Position numbers and translations under genes: made by a program. A model generated the notes under the pieces. That model was not told the origin of the DNA, ran no database searches, and saw only the letters and a list, made by a program, of their open reading frames with translations. Below, piece after piece: positions 55,040 to 64,000 of a DNA stretch of 64,000 nucleotides; within the stretch, counting starts at the first letter, position 1, and each line of letters begins with the position of its first letter. This DNA comes from Macrostomum hystrix (taxonomy: Eukaryota > Animalia > Platyhelminthes): the NCBI GenBank assembly GCA_950097015.1, contig CATNEN010000024.1, positions 1,488,001 through 1,552,000 on the forward strand. The letters run 5' to 3'.

Positions 55040-56077
55040 TTTAGACACAACTATAATATACATACACAACTACATACACAACAATGGACAAGCAGGCCCC
55101 AAAAATTCCCCCATTTAGTCTGATAAGGTAAATTAAATCTACCATTTATATTATAGAAGGCTGAATAAAATGAAGTCAACAGCAATTTTCTGTTGGGACA
55201 GCTGATAAAGCTACCACCATATATCAGTGATTACAGCATTCATAAACGATGACGTAATAAATTCTTCGGAGTCCATTGCGCTAGGTCCGCTTTTTTATTC
55301 TGTCTACACAATAAACGGGAGCACATTGAAAGACTGACAAATAATAATGATTCGGCAGTCGCTGTTGCTTATATAGCATTGTCACCGCTTGGTGCATGAC
55401 AAGCCCAATTGACTCTAAGGGCACCTCGAGTCATAAAAAATGTTTATGTCTACTTAATAAAAAACTTCTGTCATGATAACAAAGAGCCGTTGGTGGTATA
55501 ATCCTCAAGTCAGTATAGGCATTTCGATACAATTTTAAAGACACAATATAATCACGTCGTCTATGCTCACTATAAAAAAATAATATAATTATACCAGACC
55601 TGTGGCCTCCAAAAATGCTTCAAAGAAGAGGAATAAAAAACGAAGGCAGACCAGGCCTTAGGGGGGATTTTTTCTTAGCTTTGTGTGAGTTGTGCTGGCG
55701 GAATTTCGCTACACACGGGTCCCAACACGCCATTAAGGAAGGTCGACATTCGATTATGCCCATCGACACAAAGGCAAAAAAGAGAGGATTTATAAGGGCC
55801 CGCAACAGTGCTGACCTGGTTGTGGGATCTTGGCATATTTTAAATTAATGTCCCATGGGACCTAAGGGAGTAGTCCTGCGCCTCGCGTGTCTGGGAAGGG
55901 GGTCCAGAACTGCAACTCTTGTCGCCTAAACGAGTCGACGTCTGCAGTTGCTGACCCAGTTACAGGCTTCGGCAGCTGCCAGCTGAGCAGAAATTCAATT
56001 CGCACAGCTAGGCTGCTTGATTTGCCTTGCCGACATTCTTGCGGCCTTGAAGTCAACTGCAATGGAAATTAGACAAC

Positions 56078-56186
56078 TGTAATACAAGCCTCCAAGCTGC
56101 TAGACAAGCCTCCAAGCTGTTAGACAAGCCTCCAAGCTGTTAGACAAGCCTCCAGGCTGTTAGACAAGCTCCAAATCAGTTAGACA
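56078..56186. repeat. 20-bp tandem repeat (TAGACAAGCCTCCAAGCTGT), about 5 copies
   Basis: Direct tandem periodicity. Confidence 0.9.
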
Positions 56187-57202
56187 AAGTTCTATCTTCA
56201 GTTGGGCAAGCGCAATGTCACCGCAGCCAGTTCTATGGCCAATCTGTTTACCCAGAGGTCACCAAGGATCCAATATAGTCATGTTGGCAAATGGATCGAA
56301 TGAAGAGTCAGTCAGACATCCGCTTGAGGTAAGGCCGGCCAAGTTGACAGCTGATGATGCTGCCCCAATGCTCTCCCTGGGGGCTTGGGGTCAGAGGTGA
56401 GGCGGGATGTCGGCGGGAGTGGGAAATCCCGGAGCGAAAAAATCTTTGGATCTTTAGAAGGCCGCACAATGGATTGTGTAAGTTGTTGTTTTGGACCGTG
56501 CACAGAAATTAAATATCCCCCCACAATGCTAGCACGGAACATTGTTTAGGGATATTTGTTATAGTTTTCGGAAGCTAAATATACGCGATACGTGAGCGAT
56601 GTATGCCCTTCGTGCATACCAGTATATAAAGAAGAGAATTTCGGCTTCAGTCACTATGAGCTGAGTAAACATTATCGAGTTTGTGAACCTACAACAGGTA
56701 AACTTTGCCAGCGTGCTGTGCGCGGTTCCATAAATTTTTATTCATATCGCGTATATTAGACAAGGCGACCAGATGGAGAAATTCATGACCCATCAACAGC
56801 CAGTATTATTGCGAACAAAAAAGAAATAGTGGACTTGCAATCTACTCTGCTGTTTGTCTATCCTTGTCTAGCCATGACCTCCCTGTTCCATTTTAGCATA
56901 AGCCATTTTAGCCGCCGTAGCTGAGTCATCGACTTCCCCAGCGCCATCACGATCCCCACTGGCGGTGGGATTTTGCTTCAAATGTACTTTCCTTACCCCG
57001 ACCGTATTCCTCTAGGGTCGGACCAGCCTCACATCCCCGCAGCCGTATCATTGTATGTAGCAGTATCCAATAGCTTACACATTGACCTAATCATGATTTG
57101 ATGTTTAATTTCGCTTGTCCTTTAACAAAGACATAAACAAAGAGCATATAGAATGCATAAGTCTTTGTCTGCAGGACTGTATTAATTTCTTTTGCCATGC
57201 TT

Positions 57203-57548
57203 ATCTGGTCAATGGTCATACGGAAACGGATCTGTAATCTGGTCATACGGAGGTGGATCTGTAATCTGGTCATATGGAGGTAGATCTGTAATCTGGTCAT
57301 ACGGAGGTGGATCTGTAATCTGGTCATATGGAGGTAGATCTGTAATCTGGTCATATGGAGGTAGATATGTAATCTGGTCATACGGAGGTAGATCTGTAAT
57401 CTGGTCATACGGAGGTGGATCTGTAATCTGGTCATATGGAGGTAGATCTGTAATCTGGTCATACGGAGGTGGATCTGTAATCTGGTCATATGGAGGTAGA
57501 TATGTAATCTGGTCATACGGAGGTGGATCTGTAATCTGGTCATACGGA
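57203..57548. repeat. 27-bp minisatellite (TGGTCATACGGAGGTGGATCTGTAATC), about 13 copies
   Basis: Direct tandem periodicity. Confidence 0.96.
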
Positions 57549-58304
57549 AGTAAATCACCAAATCGTGTCAATTTAAGTCAGTTTTAGGTTTTATTGTGTG
57601 GTTTTCTGGGGTTGTCCTTGTGTGACTCGATAAACTGACTCGTAGTCAATAAAAGTTAATGATAATATCATGTAGCACAGAAGATGCTGGAAACGGAAGT
57701 GCACTACTAAAAATCTGAACGCACACCTGTGCAAACACTACAAAAAGTAATCAAGACATTTCCAAAGCACATGCAGTCATGCAGGTATTCCTGCAGCTTA
57801 ATGTATCCGGCCTTACGAAAGAACTGATGAAAAACTAATGATAACGCAGCCAACTTAATCAGCGACCGGTGTGACACATCAAGGCGTATACTGTCTTCAT
57901 AACAAACACTGGTCTAGAAGCCAATGACTAGCTAAACCTAGAGAGACTTGACAACAGATACCGAAATGACAGTCCATGCAGTTACTATTACAGAACCAAG
58001 TGGGCTTTCAAGCTGCGGCTTGTCTAGACCAAAGTCACTGCGTGGAAACAGAAAGAGTGACGGCTGAGCGTTTGCAGAATTGGATGACTAAATGCAGCAA
58101 TAATTTGCTTGCTACCGACAGTTAGAATAACATCGATCATTCTTATCTTGCGCCACGCACCTGCGACTCTGGCAGTTGTGGAAGTTCCACTTCAAGACTT
58201 AAATTAACTTTGTTCGCTCGTGCACTTACTAAAAATATGAATTGAAATCGCAACATTGCATCAAGAATTTATTGGTTAACAGCAAAGGATGTTTGAGAAA
58301 GTGG

Positions 58305-59110
58305 ACGGGTGGAAAGCGGAAAGGTAGGTAGGGAGAGGAAAGGTACGTAGGGAGCGGAAATGTTGGTAGGGAGCGGAAAGGTAGGTTAGGAGAGGAAAGC
58401 TAGGTAGGGAGAGGAAAGGTAGGTAGGGAGCGGAAATGTTGGTAGGGAGCGGAAAGGTAGGTTGGGAGAGGAAAGCTAGGTAGGGAGAGGAAAGGTAGGT
58501 AGGGAGCGGAAATGTTGGTAGGGAGCGGAAAGGTAGGTTGGGAGAGGAAAGCTAGGTAGGGAGAGGAAAGGTAGGTAGGGAGCGGAAATGTTGGTAGGGA
58601 GCGGAAAGGTAGGTTGGGAGAGGAAAGCTAGGTAGGGAGAGGAAAGGTAGGTAGGGAGCGGAAATGTTGGTAGGGAGCGGAAAGGTAGGTTGGGAGAGGA
58701 AAGCTAGGTAGGGAGAGGAAAGGTACGTAGGGAGCGGAAATGTTGGTAGGGAGCGGAAAGGTAGGTTGGGAGAGGAAAGCTAGGTAGGGAGAGGAAAGGT
58801 AGGTAGGGAGTGGAAAGGTAAGGTAGGAGAGGATCGAGGGAACGCTGGTAGGGAGCGGAAGTACAGGTAGCAAGCGGAAAGGTAGGTAGAGAGTGGAAAG
58901 GAAGGTTGGGAGAGGAAAGGTAGGTAGGGAGAGGATCGAGGGAACGCTGATAGGGAGCAGAAAGGTAGGTAGGGAGCGGAAAGGTACGTAGGGAGAGGAA
59001 AGGTAGGTAGGGAGAGGAAAGGTAGATAGGTACAGTGGAAAGATTGGTGTAGAGTGGAAAGTTTGTCAATGTCCGGAAAAGGCAAGTAGGGAGCGGAAAG
59101 GTAGGCGGGA
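58305..59110. repeat. 19-bp purine-rich minisatellite with a 76-bp (4x19) higher-order repeat
   Basis: The diagnostic TGTT variant recurs at 58361, 58437, 58513, 58589, 58665 and 58741 (spacing exactly 76). Confidence 0.95.
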
Positions 59111-60988
59111 AGTAGAGAAGATTTGAGGAATCGATTCTTGTTGCCTAAAAGTTTTACAAATTAAAATGTTGTGCATTCTCAGTTTTTGTTATCTGATTCT
59201 AAGAAATCTAGGTCTAAGTGCTTTGCACATGATAGTCTATTAGTTCATTCATACCTTACCTGCAATTATCTAGGCCGCTGTTCCTCTAAGTTGGAGTGTT
59301 GATAATTCCTAGTCGTGCACCTACACTTGTGCCCGGCGCCCTGCTGGAAACTCGGGGTCGGGTTGCGGGCGTAGATAGGTTAGGCAGGCTGAGCTGATGC
59401 GTCACACAGACACACGCACACGCTGACACACCGCTGGCAGTGTAACACAATGCTTTTCAGCTCAACTCGATTGAGCACATTTTTTCTGCATTGCATTCCG
59501 CATTTCGAGAGACTCAGCGAAGCGGCATTTTGGTAAGGAGTTGAGAGGCCTGCTGCCTGCTTTCATGGCATGAGAGTTCTGATAGAGTGGCTAGATTAGA
59601 CAGCTTGGAGGTTTGGCGGCGCGGGAGGGGGTTGGCCGTAAGTGATAAGGAAGCCCAGTTGATGTTGAGTGAGTGCGGGCCGGTGTTGTGCCGTGGCGCA
59701 ACCCCTGACCAACCCCAACTATAGCCGGGTAGTCTGGCTTATATTGAAGACTTGAAGTATAAAAAAACTCAGAATTCAATAGCTGCAAGTGTGGGGGCCC
59801 TTCTATGCATGCATTACTTGCTAGACAAAGAGAGCACATTTTGCTGCGCATTCAGAGAAAGAGCGAAAAAAGCTTAGCAATTGGACTTGGAAGGCGGAAC
59901 TATGCAGCGCGGACAATAAAACCGTAAAACTGAGGAGTGGGGGGGGGCAGGGCGGGCAGGCCGAGTCATGCCGTGGCATGCAGCTGTGCATATTAAAATA
60001 GGACCCCAAAGCACTGGGAGGAACATGGCATACGGGGCGCAGAGGGCTCGTCATTCAGCTCTCTTGCTTTTTTATCTCTTTCTCTCGTGTGCTCGTCGTG
60101 GTAGCTGTTGTTCGCGGCGTCCTCGGTGGGTAGGGTAGGCCGACGGTTGGCGGTCTGGTGGGAAGCAGAATTATTTTATTCTAATCCATTTTAAAACCGT
60201 TTTTTAATCTAGACCCTCAGTGAAAAGGCTTTCGGCTTTGTCTGTTATATTATGAATAGATAAGCTAATGATTAATGAAGTCGTATTTTATTTGGCTTTT
60301 TAATAGTTAGTCACTCACTCTAGATTCCAGGGTTTATAGTCAGTGCACTGACTAATAGTGCACTATTGCTGCCATCCGTTCTAAACCAAAGAAGCTTCCG
60401 TTCCGCAATTTACCGAGAAAATATCTAATCAGTTAGACCATCGCATAGGCATGGAATTGGCTATTTGGGGACCGAATGCAATAACATGTTGACTCCATAG
60501 ACTTGATACATCTAGGTAATAAGGACATCCATTCTTTTAATCCCTCCCCTGTGGCAGTGGCTGTGGCAGACTAAAGTGGAGCGATCCAGCTAGGACTTTC
60601 AACCCATTTTCGTCCAATGGGGCTGCACTTCAACCCTCCTCCTCTCTGTCCCTTCTCTTACCCCGTCCGTGGGGTCTTTAAGTTTTTGGATATCGGCGGA
60701 GAGAGGAGGGAGTTGGTCCCCGGGGTTGGCGCACAAACTCAACCCCCCGCCTCAATTCACATCCACCAACCCCCAGTAAGACCCGCCTCCCCTAACCCCC
60801 GGGTTCTGTTTTATGACAGTTGTAGGTCCGTTTGGAGGTAGAGGACAGGGCCTTGTCGGCGCGATAGCGAAGCGAGTCCTCGATCGACTGCCGCGTGTGT
60901 AATGTCATCGGATCTCTGGCCTACTATTACTAGAACATATATATCTGCGGACTGCTTGCCCCTGTAAACTGTCAGCAAATCTGAATAG

Positions 60989-62275
60989 ATGCTAGACTCC
61001 AAGGACAGTGTCCTTGTCGACCAGGCAGAGGCAGACACCGAGGCTGTGGCAGCGCAGGATGTTGAAAATAGTAGCGGCCCAATCGATCTACATTTGTCAA
61101 TACCGGATAAGAAGCTGCCATCAGAATCTGGCTTCGAGGCCAAGCCCGGGCACGTCGCGGAAGACGTAGACGATCGAGACGATGACAGAGGCGGTGACGA
61201 GTACGCTGGCGGTGATATCGACGATGAAGACGATGAACCAACTGAGCATCGTCAACTCCACCATCGCCGGAGGCTGGAAGATGACGGTGATGACGGTGCG
61301 CATCTTGCCGACGAGGACAAGTCCACCTCGAGCCCGTGCTCCGTTCCGGACTCCGCAGCCGGGTGCCGGGATCGCGATCTTCACGATCCCATGGAAATTG
61401 AACGCGCCTGCATGGAAGCGCGGGGTGAGGTGAGCGTCAAGTGGGACATCACGCGCAAAAACAAGACCAGTATAGTCATCAACGGCTACAAGATGACGGA
61501 GAGTCGGGCTGGCAAGGACGGCCGCATCTTCTGGCGCTGCAGCAAGAGGTTCTGCCCGGCCACAGCCATCAGCCTCGGCCAGCGCCTTCTCTCCGTGCGC
61601 CAGGTGGACGAGAACCGGTTTCACAACCATCCGCCCACGGGTCGGGAGGAATTCTTCCGCGGCGACTTCAGCGAGCCCGGCACGCTGACCAGCGTCACAA
61701 TCAAGTGGCCGGTGCTGCGGGCCGCCAGGTCTTCGGGAGCGACGCAGACGCCCAAATCTGCAGCAGCGACAGCGGCAGCGGCAGCGCTAACAGCCGATGC
61801 AGAGCAGGCTGACACGGTTCTGAGAGCCGGACGATCGTCATTCCAGGATGATGAAGCAGCAGCAGCAGTTTCCGCAGCCGCTGCCACGTCGTCCATGCTG
61901 CACTCCTCGCAGGCGCAGACTGCTTCCTCGCTGTTGGCGGCTGCTGGCGCCGGAGTCCCCCAGTTACAGCAGCACCAGCTTTACCAGTATCAGCAGCACC
62001 TGCATCAAAGTGCCAAGCGAATGCGCCACGGCTCTATTGAGAGCGGCTGCAGCAGCACTGGCACTTCAGAGGCCGCATTGTCCGATCCGTTGTGTTCCAG
62101 TCAGCAGCGGCAGCTGGGCCAGCTCAGGGCGACCTCAGGAGGCAGCGGCGGCGGTCTGATGCCAGCCGCGGCTGCGGACGCGCACAAGGCCTTCCTATCG
62201 CTAGCCTCCAGTCTGGGGATGTCCTATCCGGCATTTTTTCCAAATTCCCTGCCAGCTGAGTCAATGCTTCAACAG

Positions 62276-62309
<34 letters not shown>

Positions 62310-62749
62310 TGCATCGTTTACAACAGCAACACCAACAGTTGCAGCAGCAGCAGCAGCAGCAGAGTAGCTACCAACCCATTAACAGCCATCTGAGTGCCAG
62401 CAAGTCCTACCATTCAATATTCAACCCGCCACCGCAGCCCGCTCTGCCGTCACTGGCGCATCAGCCGAGGCTGCATCCGACACAGCAGCCGCCGGTTGAA
62501 GTGACCGCCTCGCCTTTGAAAGAGGCCCTGTCCCAGGTCGACAATTATCAGCTGCAGCGGCAGCTACGCCGACTCGATGGCTACTTTCGCTCGGGCATTG
62601 TTGCCCTAGCTGACAGCCTGACGGTGCGGCACAGCGCCGCTGCCAACGACGCTGAGTTTGTTGCCTGGGAGCGCGACAGCATGAGCCGCCTATTCGCCTA
62701 CATGGACGGGCTGGAACGGGTGCAGAAGCTGGCCAGTGAGCTGGTCTGA
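60989..62749 (+). CDS. FLYWCH-type zinc-finger protein with acidic N-terminus and poly-Ala/poly-Gln tracts (586 aa, uninterrupted ORF)
   Basis: IVINGYKMTESRAGKDGRIFWRCSKRFCPATA...FHNHPP matches the FLYWCH pattern (F/Y..YWRC..C..HNH). GC-rich 1.76-kb ORF. Upstream exons cannot be excluded. Confidence 0.85.
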
Positions 62750-64000
62750 GCACAGACGCTATTCCCTAATGAGAAATCTTGGTTCGCACACGAATCACTG
62801 CGCCAAGCTGTAGAGATAAGTTACTGTGGCTCAATTATCGTTTGTTCGGGTGCTCCTTCAATCAACTGCTCATATCTTGAGTGTTTTCTATTAACTTGTT
62901 AACTATCAATTTAGTTATTAAGTTTTCTACCCTATTTATTGTATAAACATAGGCATTTCCTTTTTGATGATCTTTGGTTTATAAAACTGCGTTTAAGTCC
63001 TGCTAATTATTACTTCAGTTTTTTAAGTAAGTCAATCTGTTTCTTCTCATATTACTTAAGTTTACATAAGATAGTAAATTTTTTGCTTACTACTAATGCT
63101 GAAAATCAGTAGTATAATATGCAAAGTAGCTTAAACAGTTTTTTGCTGTTTTTACTAATCACATTAGCTGTTGGGTCGTCGTAATTTGAAAGCAGCTCAA
63201 TTCATCGCCAACAGTTTATCTGCACTAATTTGCAGCTAGAATTTATGCAGCAATTTTCCCCACTATTGTCACTTCTATTCTCGTTAGTTTTTTGCCTTTT
63301 GACCCGAGTGATTCTGTTTCAGAGAAGCGCTGAAACTGTGCTCAAATTCGCCAATCAAGTGTTTCTTATTTTACAAAGTAGTCTTTGCAAGTTATTCAGC
63401 TAATCTATACTCTTGAACATACCCGCCTTTATTTGCAACCATACCTAATTATTTCACTTTAAATGGCTGTCGGAGTGCATATCAACCGGTTAAACAGATC
63501 AGTCTTCTGCTTTTTGCCAAAATGTCAGCTCCCTTGAATGAGTCCATCATCACAGACTGCTCGGCTAGTAAGCTTGCTAAAATGTAGTTTTCTATTGACA
63601 AGATCATGTGCCACAATTCCCCGTTGCAGGCATCCGAAATGATTGTACACCCGCTGCTGGATCCACGCTCGGTGTTTAATGAAAATCAAGAAACAATGTT
63701 TATTACTAAATTTTAAACTCATTATTCACTGCCGCGCGGAACCATAAATATCAATAACTGATTATTGATTAAGTGAAAATCTAACCCTGGTTGGGTGATT
63801 TCTGACAGTGAAAACTGCTGCGCCCAAAGTGCTTTTCCTGCCTGTACTCCTGTTGCAAGCTTCATCAACAGCCAGAACTCCCGTCCTGAATGACATGGGA
63901 CTTATTCAGAAATATATATGTAGCTGTACGAGAGTTGGCATTAGGTAACACTGGTCAGTGCAGCTGTACCATACGTGCTATGAATTTGACATGAAGAACA

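Larger units (their letters stand above)
53200..56560 (-). mobile_element. Probable heavily decayed non-LTR retrotransposon (LINE) ORF2, interrupted by minisatellites
   Basis: Collinear weak motifs on the minus strand: endonuclease-like YLISVHGP...KIFSLRDF (about 56500-56420); RT-like MILVFV*...ESLYKIL (about 54700-54620); VTRSFAIDSPKIPPQCGSLVP (about 53640-53570); WLIRKKTTFF (about 53430-53400). Judged by eye only. Confidence 0.35.

Noticed and set aside
57192-57587. (YGGGSVIWS)n Gly/Tyr-rich structural protein
   Set aside because: TTG start only, no signal peptide, and three different frames are open simply because the unit is 27 bp.

Overview
Eukaryotic (invertebrate) genomic DNA, not prokaryotic. 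GC-rich coding exons sit among AT-rich spacers and about 21 locally unique minisatellite arrays (about 17 kb, roughly 27% of the window). This architecture resembles the flatworm Macrostomum (inference). Gene models reconstructed by hand from splice sites and reading phase: a strongly divergent STAT (minus strand, 4 exons, running off the left edge), a USP36-like deubiquitinase (minus), a TSP1+trypsin serine protease (plus), SRP54 (minus, 5 exons), calnexin (minus, 2 exons), an orphan 134-aa single-TM ORF (plus), a myosin regulatory light chain (plus, 5 exons), a PGRMC/MAPR protein (minus, 3 exons) and a FLYWCH zinc-finger/poly-Q protein (plus). Mobile DNA: a 718-bp Merlin-type element with 39-bp TIRs and an exact 8-bp TSD, a decayed PIF1 (Helitron-like) helicase, a tRNA-derived SINE and a probable decayed LINE. 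Most long ORFs in the supplied track are translations of tandem repeats. The most interesting items are the atypical STAT (short coiled-coil, VTEE motif replaced, Gly/Ser insert in the DNA-binding domain), the near-universal filling of long introns by gene-specific minisatellites, and a 664-codon stop-free APAAIVAN repeat frame missed by the ORF track.
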